A stretch of 64,000 nt of DNA from Lingula anatina (lineage: Eukaryota > Animalia > Brachiopoda), in NCBI GenBank assembly GCA_051362555.1, contig CM120649.1, positions 16,072,567 to 16,136,566 of the forward strand, in the 5' to 3' direction. The position numbers were made by a program, and so were the translations under genes. Under the pieces are notes generated by a model. The model was not told the DNA's origin and did no database searches. It saw nothing but the letters and a program-made list of their open reading frames with translations. Below are positions 26,501-39,713 of this stretch, one piece after another. Position 1 is the stretch's first letter. Each line of letters starts with the position of its first letter.

Positions 26501-29500
26501 GAAACCCATAAGACAAGCCATACAGGATGGTGAAGAACCCACAGCTTAGGGTGGTCAAACCCACAAAGGCCCAGCCTATGTAGATAAACCACCAGGGCAG
26601 CATGCCATCTGGGCTGACCGCCTCAAAGGCATACTCGGGTAAAATGTCATCTTCTTCTTCTTGATCTTTTGGGCTGTCTTGGAAATGTTGACCAGGAGCA
26701 CCACCTGTGCCCTGATCCCCTTCCTCATCTTTGAAATGAGCAAAATATTTGGAACCACTCCCTTTATTCTCTTTGCCTGCCCAGTTTGGATCTATCTCAA
26801 TGTCCACATCTTCTACTGACCTCACTTCATTATCACTGGGTGTCATATTGGCACTTTCATCTTCAGGAAACTTTGAGCCCTCGCCTCCTATGATCTCAAC
26901 CTCCTGGTGGAATTGCACTGTAGTAGGCCTGTCGCCCAGTTTTCCATATGATGGACCTCCAGAAATGACAGACTTAAAGCTTCTGGCATCCACAGTGTGT
27001 CCGACCAAAGTGCATCCCATCTCATCTGTACTAGGGTATGGTGATTTAAAGGCCGTGATGCTCAGGCTGGAGGCATTGGTGACGATACTCTGGTAAGTGG
27101 AAGAGGACTGCAATGGAAAGCTGTGGAGAGGTGTGTCAGGTCTGCCATAATTACCACCAGGGGGCATCACAGACTGCTCCATCTGGACACCAGGGGGCAC
27201 CACAGACTGATCACTCTGGATGGGAGACTTGAAACCAGTACTTGCATCTGACACCACAGACCTTAAAGCACCTTCGTCACTTCCAGCTGGTAGAGACACT
27301 GAGCTCTCTACAGGAGACTTAAATTCCAGCTCTATGCTGGAGATATTTTTAAGTTTGCCATACTTGACATTGCTCTCAATGTGTCTGTCATCTTGTTGGT
27401 CCAGATTGGTGTCACTCCAGGATGTCTCCAGAGCTGACGGCTTGGCCTTGGACAGGCGGAACAGCTCCACTATCAGGATGCTGATGGGAAACATGAACAG
27501 GGCAGACTCCACTCCTGGTATGATGAGAGATATACAAACATATACGAACATATAGAACATCTATCTTTCTTATCATAGATCATTGTTAAATTGAAAAAGT
27601 TGGAATTCAATAAGTATAATTTCAATGAAAACCAATCATTCACCTAAATTTTTAATGAAGTTTCTTCACTAGTTTTTCAGCTTTTCCAGTAAATTTGCAG
27701 TACGTAATTATATCAATAGAAACCTGTCCCTAAACTGTAAAAGACTTAATTACAAAGACTTGACAATATACCTATGATGAACTGCGACCATGTCAATTTC
27801 ACAGTGCCCAGGTCCACTGCTTTCTCTGCGGGCCCAGTGTCCACTTGGTAGAACATGATATTGGTCAGCATGGTGGTCATCAGGAGGCACAGGCAGCAGG
27901 ACAGGCGCTGGACACAGGTGAAATGACTGATGGTGGGTCGCGCAAAGATTGAGAACCAAAGATGACCATCTGTCAGACCACTGAAAATGACCAACAGATT
28001 GCATATAGTATTACATCAGTTTTGTTTTTATGTAGGATTATACAGAGATGTTAAAATTGGTCAAAAATAAATGTGGAATGAAATATAGGAATATAAACAG
28101 ATGCTAAGAATGGTCAAAACTGTAAGATAAACCAAGTATTCTGAAATTTAAAAACCCAGTTTCACTTGAAATTCATCAACTGAGGTAAAGCATTCAATTA
28201 ATACTTACATCTTTGTCTTATTTATAAAGAGATGTGTGAAATTTCTGATGTCATCGTCGGTGGCATTGCTGAAAACCTGGTCGACCAGGCCGTCTCCTAG
28301 ATCCACAGCCAGCCAGCTGTGACAGATAAAATAAAACTTCTGATCTGCCTTCAAATCATGGATGACAACTCTACTCAAAAACCTGAAACAAAAAATACCG
28401 AGATAAATGTTGTATTTCACAAAAGACGATGCCTAAAAAGAAGAAAAAAAAAACTTACAGATTCAAGAAAGCTCTTCTCAGAAACCTTAAGCAAAGCCAT
28501 AAGCAAATCAATCAACAATTGATCAATAAATAAATAAATTAACATATATATAAATACATTTATTAATAAAAACAATGTTATTTCAAGCATGACAGCTCTG
28601 TTGCAACTCCTGGGCCTAAAATTCAAACAAGATCAATATTTTTAGGTCTCAGAATGTTCCTCCCTCCATAAAAACAACTGTCTGACAATGTTCAGAATTG
28701 AAAAAGTGCCATGTCTAAAACTCACCATGCAGGGTCACTCCCTGAATTATCATGCCATAATCTTATTTTCTTAACTTCCCCAAGACTTGCTGCAGTTTTG
28801 ATGATGAAGAAGTCCACAGCTCCGCGCTGTCCGAATATTTTAGATCGTTGAGGGCTGGACAGCAGGTGGGGGTCACTTTCACCATTACTGCCTGATAATG
28901 AGGAATACTCAATTTACTGGTCATCAACATTCAATGGCAATTAATGTATAGAGAAAATTGAACTTTTCTTACACACTACATTTCACTGCACACTTCCTAA
29001 CAATTGTCATACTATACAGTACAGTATTCTTTTTCTGTGTGTAGCAGTGTGATTAATTTCATGAACTGCAGCACCCAGGTAAACACCTTTATAAGACCAT
29101 ATGGGACCTGCAGAATAAAATCTGTCCACAGAATTTTAATTTACTTTTGCTTCAAATGATAAATTATAAATAAGTGTCTTTTATTATTGTCTTTCATAAT
29201 CCCTTGATAGGCTTTCAGATTTAACTACAGGGTACATGTACTAGCTAGTTGTTACCTATGAGAGTAATAGTGATATTGGCTGTAGTTCCAGATCCTCTTC
29301 TACTCCCAGTGAACACACTGACTGTGTAGGTATAGGTTGCTAGGGGGTCATTGTCTGGAAGACTGATCACCATGGCCTGAAGACAAAATCATCTATCACG
29401 TTACAAATAAATCAAGCACCAAAATATATACAAAATGGCATAAAAAATATAACATACACAGTCATCTGACAACTCAGAGATACAAGACCACACAGACTTC

Positions 29501-29969
29501 TTCAAATGAAACAAAGCTCAACTTGAAAACAAGCCATTAGGCATTGAATTATTTGTGGGTCCACAAGTAGGAATATTTGTGGGCTGCCATAAGAACAGAT
29601 GCAGCATTTGACTGTGCCTTGTTACACGTCTCAATCAAGACCAGTGTTACCCCCACCGACTGCTAACACTAACCTTCTCCTTGTTGTTTCTATCAATCCT
29701 CCGCGCCCAGAGCAGCAGAAGGAGGTAGACGCCAAGGATGCTGGCGACAAATATGGTGACCACGGGGTTTTCGGACAGCTGGGCAAACTTGGCGACGGTC
29801 TCCAGGAAGTTGAAGGTGTTGGGCATGATGAGCCAGCCGCTGGCGAATGCCGTGAGGTGAGAACACTGGCAGTGAGTCAGATAGGGATTGGTGAGGGGAC
29901 CCACCTATGTGAAGCAAATAGTTTTCTTTAAATTTATATCATGGGTCATTTCACAAACACACACACAAA

Positions 29970-30020
<51 letters not shown>

Positions 30021-33000
30021 AATTTTTAAAATATTGAGTTACTTTCCTGACACACACTTTTTGTGTAATATATATTTATATACATGCCCGTTTTATGTCA
30101 CTTAGATTTTGTTGGTTTCTCTCCATATTGAAGGGTACTTAGAAAAGAATAAAATGATAATAAAGGAGCAAGTCAGAATTATGCAACTTTTACACAAAAT
30201 GCTGGAAAAAATCACAAATATATATAATTATTCATTTGTACATCAAGTTTTGAAAAAAAAAAAAAAAAAAAGATATAACAACAGGAATAACTTCTTCACA
30301 TCAGCCTGGTTTACCTGGCAGCCATTACCCTCCCAGTGCTCAGCAGCCTGGTCCCAGTACAAGCAGCGGGACTGGAAGTTAGACACTCGTAGCACAGGCA
30401 GAGCTGACAGGCTGGTAGAGTTCAGGGAGAAGACAGCAGACAGTGAGGAGGAGGAGGAGGAGGAGGAGGAGGAGGAGAGGTTGAGGTGAGGCACAGAAGC
30501 AGACAGCAAGTAATGCCCAGAGGTTGAGCTGAGGTTTCTGTAAGCAGAGAAAGTTGTGCATTGTGGAGAAAGTTGATGTGGAGGTTGAGAAGAAAAATTT
30601 AAGTGAGCTGCAATATATTTTTCTTGTGATTTGCTTGGTTTCACTTAAAGTTATGATTTTGTTAAAACCAAATTTATATAAAAATGACCAAATTTATATA
30701 AAAATGACATACAAACCTTATTGGGATTTGGAACACCTTCAAGACTTCCCAGCTGGATGTGTTCTGAGTTAAGTCACTCTGACTTGAGTTCTGCATCAGG
30801 CTCACTATCAACATAGCATCTTCCTCTTCCTTATCCACATCAGTAAAGCTACTGTTATCAAACTCCAGATACAGAACCACAGTGGACTCATCATCAGTAA
30901 CCTCAAAGTTCACCATGCTTAGCCCATCTTTTGTTACAGTCATGTTGATTGGTTGAGCTGTACCACCTGTCACAGGAACAAAGATGCTGATTGGCTGGTC
31001 AAGGTTCTTCACGGTCAGAGTGCTGCCGTCCGATTTGAGTTCCATTTGAGAGACGGCAGACGTCACTTTGTAGCTGTTGTTGGCCCAGGTGAAAGGGTTC
31101 CTCTTGAATTTTACCAACTGACAAAGAAAAAACACATAAAATAAGTAAAATGCACTTCCTTTTTTTCCTGGTGAGAGCACACTCTGTACATGCAGGTGTG
31201 TCCACAAACAGAAAGGAGGTAAAAGAGCATATAAAACCACATATACACACACAAGACAAAACTATGTTTTCCATTTACTTATACAGAACAAAGCACATGC
31301 TCTATCTAAGAAGAAGAAATCAGCTGACACCTCAATGTCCACTTCATCAATAAGGCTAGTGTTCAGGGGTAGGCTAGGGGGAAATTCCACTCTGGAGGTA
31401 GAGGAAACATCAGTGCTGGATGAACCTGAATCTGTAACTGTCCCTCCTACCAGGTATTATAAAAATAAACACCATACATCAGATTGCTGAATACTTCCAT
31501 TATATCTTTTTAATTTTTCCAATTTTAATAATTTCTTTCAACTTTTTATCTTTCATTTTATTTTTAATTATTCTCTTAAAATAAAGATACAATCTCACAG
31601 ATCAGTTAAGATAACTATGAAGTCAATCTAATCAAAAGAAAAACATATCTGTTAAATGATGTTTATCATAAACCAAAACTGAATCTTTAATAACAAGCTT
31701 CAGCTGGATTACTTCATATTTGACAGTCAACAAAGTTGTATTTATGTATTAACTCAGGCTATCAAATTCACCTATTAAAATTTTTGATAAGCACAGAAAA
31801 AATCTGATTTAAGATATGATATTAAATTCTGCAGACCAGCCTTATGTGTAAAGTTAAGTTACCCATAAGATCCTGTGGAGTCTCCTTGCTGAGTGCCATG
31901 CTAAGAGAATCTGTACTGACCACAGTGGGTTCCTCACCGGTCACTTTAGTCCTCAGGACAGCCGACTTGACATCCTGCAGGGCTGTCATTGTTGCCAGGG
32001 TGACATTCTTACTCTGGACAAGGAAAAATTCATTTTCACTTCGGTTTAGAAAAAAAAAATGTACTTCACATTCAGCAAACTTTAAAAAATAAGGCCTAAT
32101 AAAGGGAACCGGAGAAGATCAGCATTGGTCAGAATTGTGCCGGAAGTGACGTGCAGTGGTGTTAGAAACGAAGCTGAGTGGTCATTTTAACATAGAGGTG
32201 AACGGCAGTGAAGACGGGTTGTCGGAGGAAAAAGAAGTTTTCTAAACAACATGGTAAGATAACTCTCTTTTTTTTCGCATTTTGGGCAGAGAAAACTTGT
32301 AGAAATAATGAATGCATGATATGAAAACGTGACACGGAACTTGAAGGTGCAAAATCGTGCTTAATTTGCGGTCAACTTGTTTAGAAATAAATGCTGCGTC
32401 GACCGCCATCGCGACAAAAAGCCTATAGGGGAAATAATTCCCGGGAGTCTATAAATCGTTGTCATGTGGAAATTTGGCGTAAATATAATCCGATATGACC
32501 ATATCTAAGTATTTTTGGGTGTTTTATGGTATGGGCTGCAATTACAACGATGTTTTAGAGGTCTTGAAGGACCTTGTGAAAACCAGGAAGTAGTTCGTAA
32601 CTAACAAGTGGAATGTACCGATCTCCGACTGCTGTGCACAGCTGTATCTTTTTTTCAATATATTGACGAATTTTTAGATCTTTATATGTCCATCTGGCAT
32701 GAAATTCCACACACATGATCACACTGATATACCTTTTACACTGGGGAAGGCGCTAATCAGTGACAAATGCCAAGACAAAGGTGACATTCTGACAGCCTCT
32801 TATCTGAGTTAAAAATCACTGACAAAAGAGACTGGCAATCAATTTCCTCAGGCTGGCAATCATTAGCCTATAGAAATTGGTCATGTTACATGTTATCTAC
32901 CTGTGAGAATCGTTTTACCAACTGAGTATTGCATAATAATGTCAATTATTAGTACTTTGAGCTAGTCTTACTTACCTGTCAGCTCACCTGAATTCTCTTT

Positions 33001-36000
33001 TTGTCTTTTTGGGAAGATCTTGTCAGTGAAATGTTTTATTTGTCCTGTGACAAAAATTCGTCAATATATTGAAAATAAGATACAGCTGTGCACAGCAGTC
33101 GGGGATCGGTACATTTCACTTGTTAGTTACGAACTACTTCCTTGTTTTCACAAGGTCCTTCAAGACCTCTAAAACTTCGTTCTAATTGCAGCTCATACAC
33201 CCCAAAAATACTTAGATATGGACATATCGGATTATATTAATGCCAAATTTCCACATGGCAACGATTTACAGCCTCCCGGGAATTATTTTCCATTTACACT
33301 CTTTGTCGCAATGGCGGTCGATGCAGCATTCATTTTAAAACAAGTTGACCGCCAATTAAGCACGATTTTGCACCTTCAAGTTCCGTGTCACGTTTTCATA
33401 TCATGCATTTATTATTTCTACAAGTTTTCTCTGCCCAAAATGCGTAAAGAAAAAGTGTTATCTTACCATGTTGTTTAGAAAACTTCTTTTTCCTCCGACA
33501 ACCCGTCTTCACTGCCGTTCACCTCTATGTTAAAATGACCACTCAGCTTCGTTTCTAACATCACTGCACGTCACTTCCGGCACAATTCTGACCAATGCTG
33601 ATCTTCTCCGGTTTCCTTTATAGTTAGACCTAATATTGACTTATGTAATTAAACATAGTCTAGCAGTAACATGAAAGTTCATGAAAACTATATTAATTCA
33701 AAAACAGTATCTGAGATATTTTACACACAACACAAAACAAAAAGTTATATTATGACATTATACAGGCAGCTTGTACTTAAGCATTTTGGCCTGCTTTAAG
33801 ACAAGGAGCATAATGGTTTGTAATATTTCCTAACCAGTTTGAGATCTTCTTGTGAAATGTCACCAGGCTGTCCCATGTCACCCTGAGAGCCATTGACACT
33901 GCTGACCAGTGGAGTGGCAGCTGTCATCACATTGGACAGACCTGACACTATCATACTGGAATAAAACAATGAAATAAATATATACTATCTTTGAAGTTAT
34001 CAAAAATAAAATATAAATGTGACTTTTAAACTTTGCTAATGTCAATTCTTAAAATGCATATAAATCTATAAAATCATGCAGATGGTTCTAGATAGACTGA
34101 TTAAAAATGAATTAATAAATAAACTAGAGGATCAGAGAGGCGATACCGCCTCTGAATATTGTACCACCAGCTGGAGCAAGCGCATTCGTATAGACCCCCA
34201 CATACACAAAATAAGGGACACAGCCACCAGTTTTGTGCTTGACAAGCTGTAAAAATGCAATCAACAAGAATTTTTAAACTATTGCAAAAAATATATATGG
34301 TACAATCAAATTTAAGTTCTTCGTAAGGTAGGTCAAGGGTCAATTTCAAGGTCACAGTAAATTGCCAGTATATGACTTCCTATTCAAGTTCAAGAGTAAC
34401 TATGGACCTATCTCTGTCAAGTTTGAAGTTAAAAGAGAAAGAAATTAGCAGAGTTCAGTTCATGATAAAAAGTAGGTCAAAGGTCAATTTCAAGGTCACA
34501 CTTAGATTGCCAGTATAGGACTTCCTATTCAACTTCAAAAGTAACTATGGACCTATCTCAGCCAGTTTTGGAGATAAAAGGGAAGCAAAATTTGCAAAAT
34601 TCAGTTCATGGTGAAAAGTAGGTCAAAGGTCAATTTCAAGGTCACATTTAGATTGCCAGTATATGACTTTCTATTCAAGTTCAATAGTAACTATGGACCT
34701 ATCTCTGCCAGTTTTGGAGATAAAAGGGAAGCAAAATTTGCAAAGTTCAGTTTAAGGTGAAAAGTAGGACAAAGGTCAATTTTAATGTCAAATTTAGATT
34801 GCCAGTATATGACTCCCTTTTCAAGTTCAATACTATGGACCTATCTCTGCCAGTTTTGGAGATAAAAGGAAAGCAAAATTTGCAAAGTTCAGTTCATGGT
34901 GAAAAGTAGGTCAAAGGTCAATTTCAAGGTCACATTTAGATTGCCAGTATATGACTTCCTATTCAAGTTCAATAGTAACTATGGACATATCTCAGCCAGT
35001 TTTGGAGATAAAAGAGAAGCAAAATTTGCAAAATTCAGTTCATGGTGAAAAGTAGGTCAAAGGTCAATTTCAAGGTCACATTTAGATTGCCAGTATATGA
35101 CTTCCTATTCAAGTTCAATAGTAACTATGGACCTATCTCTGCCAGTTTTAGAGATAAAAGGGAAGCAAAATTTGCAAAGTTCAGTTTATGGTGAAAAGTA
35201 GGTCAAAGGTCAATTTTGAGGTCACATTTAGATTGCCAGTATATGACTTCCTATTCAAGTTCAATAGTAACTACGGACCTATCTCAGCCAGTTTTGGAGA
35301 TAAAAGGAAAGCAAAATTTGCAAAATTCAGTTCATGGTGTAAAGTAGGTCAAAGGTCAATTTTAAGGTCACATTTAGATTGCCAGTATATGACTTCCTAT
35401 TCAACTTCAATAGTAACTATGGACCTATCTCTGCCAGTTTTGGAGATAAAAGGGAAGAAAAGTTTGCAAAGTTCAGTTCATGGTGAAAAGTAGGTCAAAG
35501 GTCAATTTCAAGGTCACATTTAGATTGCCAGTATATGACTTCCTATTCAAGTTCAATAGTAACTATGGACCTATCTCTGCCAGTTTTGGAGATAAAAGGG
35601 AAGCAAAATTTGCAAAGTTCAGTTTATGGTGAAAAGTAGGTCAAAGGTCAATTTTAAGGTCACATTTAGATTGCCAGTATATGACTTCCTATTCAAGTTC
35701 AATAGTAACTATGGACCTATCTCAGCCAGTTTTGGAGATAAAAGGAAAGCAAAATTTGCAAAATTCAGTTCATGGTGTAAAGTAGGTCAAAGGTCAATTT
35801 TAAGGTCACATTTAGATTGCCAGTATATGACTTCCTATTCAACTTCAATAGTAACTATGGACCTATCTCTGCCAGTTTTGGAGATAAAAGGGAAGAAAAA
35901 TTTGCAAAGTTCAGTTCATGGTGAAAAGTAGGTCAAAGGTCAATTTTAAGGTCACATTTAGATTGCCAGTATATGACTTCCTATTCAACTTCAATAGTAA

Positions 36001-39000
36001 CTATGGACCTATCTCTGCCAGTTTTGGAGATAAAAGGGAAGCAAATTTTGCAAAGTTCAGTTCATGGTGAAAAGTAGGTCAAAGGTCAATTTTAAGGTCA
36101 CATTTAGATTGCCAGTATATGACTTCCTATTCAAGTTCAATAGTAACTATGGACCTATCTCTGCCAGTTTTGGAGATAAAAGGGAAGAAAAATTTGCAAA
36201 GTTCAGTTCATGGTGAAAAGTAGGTCAAAGGTCAATTTCAAGGTCATAGTAAGATTACCAGTATATGACTTCCTATTCAACTTCAATAGTAACTATGGAC
36301 CTATCTCTGCCAGTTTTGGAGATATAAGGGACTAAATGTTATAATTTTGGAGTTACCATAATGTGCCTTAAATTTCGTACAGAAAAAATTAATTAAAATA
36401 AAGAAAATGTCATTTTGGTCAAAATTCTTGAAATAGGAGGTGCTCTGAAGTTTCAGAAGTTCAAATTTGATGAAATAATGTCATTTTTGAACACAAGTTG
36501 TCTGCTTTGCCAAGCCTTATGTTTTATTTTTCCAGAGTTCAAAATTTATTATCCATTACCGTACTGCACATTTTGCTTTTACCACCAATATGTACTTTTT
36601 GATACAGCGTAACTCGAAAACCGTATGGAATACAAAAAAACCGAGACCACCTCCAGTGTTGGGCTTTACATGCTCTACAAAATGCAAAAAAGAATGGGTC
36701 TCTAGCATTAACGGTTCCCGAATTAGAGACAGTTTTCAGTTTCGGTATCTTATGGCCGCTACTCCCGTGAAAATGCACCGATTGACCCCAAATTCATGGA
36801 GATGAAAGATGACCTGAAGGGTAACACTTTCCAATAATATTATTGGTTAAGTCTGTGTGGTGTCTGAATAACAGGGCAAAAAAAAATTTTTTCATAAAAA
36901 ATTTCATTTTTTTGAAAATTTTGGCCCATTTGACCTTGAAGTAAAGGTCAAAGGTCAAATCCAAGGGTATATTTGAAATCTACACATATGACTTTTGGAA
37001 AGCTGTCTATAGAAATTTTTCCCATAACCCCTTCCGTAGGGTAGATAATTAGCATTTAATTTTGCCATTTTTAGACAAGGGTGCATTGCAATGAGTGCCA
37101 CACCCAGACCCCAATACCGACAAAGCCCAAATTTTACGTGGAACGAGTTGAGATTATAGGTGACCTAAATCCATGAGATGGGTACGGGGGCCCTTACCGT
37201 CTAGGAGGAGAAGCGGTAACGGTAGCCATCCGGCGGAGCCGGCGGAACGATCCGGACGGGACCGAAACCATGTGTACCGCCAGCGCTAACGCTGGTGGTA
37301 CAATAAACAATCTGTGCACAACAGTCCAGTCAGTTACCCAGCTGTGTCCTCCAGTGTCTTGGTGTCCAGCTCAGCACCAGCCTCACTGGTCAGGAAGGCG
37401 GACAGCTCCTTGCAGGCGGTGGCGGCACTGACCTGAGCCTCTGCGCTCAGCTCCTCCGTCACCTGCGTGATACTCTCTAGGGCAGCTGACGTCTGCTGGA
37501 GAGACTCCACAGTCTCCACTTCAACAGTCAGCAGGGACTCCACCAGACTGGTACGCAGCTGTTATCGAGAAGAGGTTCAAAAATTAAATAATTATTATAT
37601 AAATCCTAGTTTGAGAAGTAGTACTAATTTTGTATTGCTATCTTTCAGCTTTTTAAAAAAAATCTGCAAATATATATTTTTTAACTGAACTGAAAAAATG
37701 GTCTTGTTCTTGTACATCAAAAGGATATTAATCAATTCAGTCACTTAAGGGAACTACCTTGAAATTTGAGATCAAAATCATCTAAACAAAACTTTAAAAA
37801 AGAAAACTAAAATATAACAATACTAAAATAAAAAAAAATGTAGTAATATGATTCTGATATGAATTTATTAAGAAGTATTTTCACAGCACAAACCACATCA
37901 CAGACCTGTTCTCTCTCTAGCTTGGACACCCCAGGTGTGTCGGTCTGTTTCTCACTCTGTGAGTTCAGCAGTGATGTGACACTAGAGATGAGCTGTGTGG
38001 CGGCGCTAGTGTCCCCAGACAGCAGCAGTGTGCTCAGAGTGGAGTTCTTACCAGATGTCAGGCCAGTCAGGGCCGTGTTGTCCATCTGACCCTCTTCTAC
38101 CTTAATTTAAGACGAAAATTTTACAAATGTATAATTATTATATTTCAGGTCCCTAGGTGGTGGGGGTGGAGGGCTTAAGGTGGTTCGAACTGGGGGTAAA
38201 ATTTGATCAAGGAACACAAAGATTTCAAAGCAAAAAGTCCACTTTTTCAGAAAAGAGACAGCCCCTCCCTTTGAATATGCTGGCTACTGGCCTGTATCCA
38301 TATATATCTTCCCAATTAAAATGTGCATCCTTACACTATTGTATTAATTATTTTCCAAGTGTTTAATCTTAGATGCATGTGTGCTATATCTTTCCAATTA
38401 AAGTGAAAAAAGCAGTTCTACCTTGGCAAACAGTTCCACGAAGGTGCTAGCCTCGAACGAATCCTTCACAGTGACCATCAGGTCCAATCTGTACCCCCTC
38501 CTCTTGTCCCCCAGGGGCAGAAAACTGGCCGGCATGGTGGCCTCTAGCCCAGAATACAGCAAGCTCTCCCTGTTGTTCACCTTGGCTCTGTACTCGTAGT
38601 GCAGCGGCAGGTGGCTGTCCAGGAACCCTGTACACTGGATGGAGAACTTGGTGACCAGGACCGTCCCCTGGCTTGGACTGACCGTGCACTGACCAGCGGT
38701 AGGGGGAGAGTTGGTGGAGAACTGGTACTCTGTTTGACCTGTTGACCCGCTGGACCTGCTGTAGGCTGGAATGTCAGGTAACATGGTTTAATTATTAATG
38801 TGATGAATGAGAGTACCTTTTGGCATGCAAATATTGTCGAGTTCATGTGGGAAAATATTAAAGAAAATGTTCAAGTATTAGGACTTACTAGTATATATTA
38901 TAAAAGATATATCATAGAAAACTTGTAAAAATGCACTTATTTAATTAAAGGTGCAATGTAACATTGTCAAATTGAAATAATTCATTCAGATTCTATTTTT

Positions 39001-39676
39001 TCACAGAATTAATACTTATGTACACTTGTAGATTCTTCAACTTAATATAATAAAAATTTTAATCTGTTTTCACAAAGGTAGTGAAAAATGACTGAATCAG
39101 TCAATTTAATCGATCAAATAATCAGTCAATTCATTGATAAATGAATAATTAAAAAAATATATCACACCTACCCTCCAGTCTCAAACTATATGTCTCCTCC
39201 ACATCAGCACTGAATACATTCTCTCTGATCACCAAGTTCTTCTTGTTCCCACCGGTCAGTGTGTCCAGCCTCCAGTCCAGTGCCTGCCTGGTGTTGGTCA
39301 GTGACTGGGGGACCAGTGACCAGGTGTAGGTCAGGGTGTCCAGGTCACGGCAGCGGTCACAGCTGGTGGTCAGTGACAGGCGCTGGCTGGGGTTCAGGTA
39401 GGTGTCGCAATTCTGTCTGCAGGTAATCCTCACCTGTGAAATGGAGAGATAAATTGAAATTGAAAAAAAAAAAAAAAGAAAAGAAACACAATCCATATTT
39501 TTCAATTTTTGTGAATGGAGTAAATGAGATAATCGCTGCAGTTCTTGTTGTCTGCAGGATGTCCTCACTTCATAACAGGAGAAAAAGTTAGGATAAACTA
39601 TTTTTCTTAAAATTTAACATATTTGCACGCACCCATACACACATGCATGCACACACATACACTCACACACATGCAC

Positions 39677-39713
<37 letters not shown>

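Noticed and set aside
23787-29931. Plus-strand ORFs overlapping polycystin exons
   Set aside because: Antisense shadows of GC-rich coding exons.
35188-35931. Two 101-aa ORFs
   Set aside because: They are translations of the satellite, not genes.
34326-36330. Regular repeat array as a CRISPR
   Set aside because: The units are contiguous near-identical 146-mers with no unique spacers, there are no cas genes, and the context is a eukaryotic intron.
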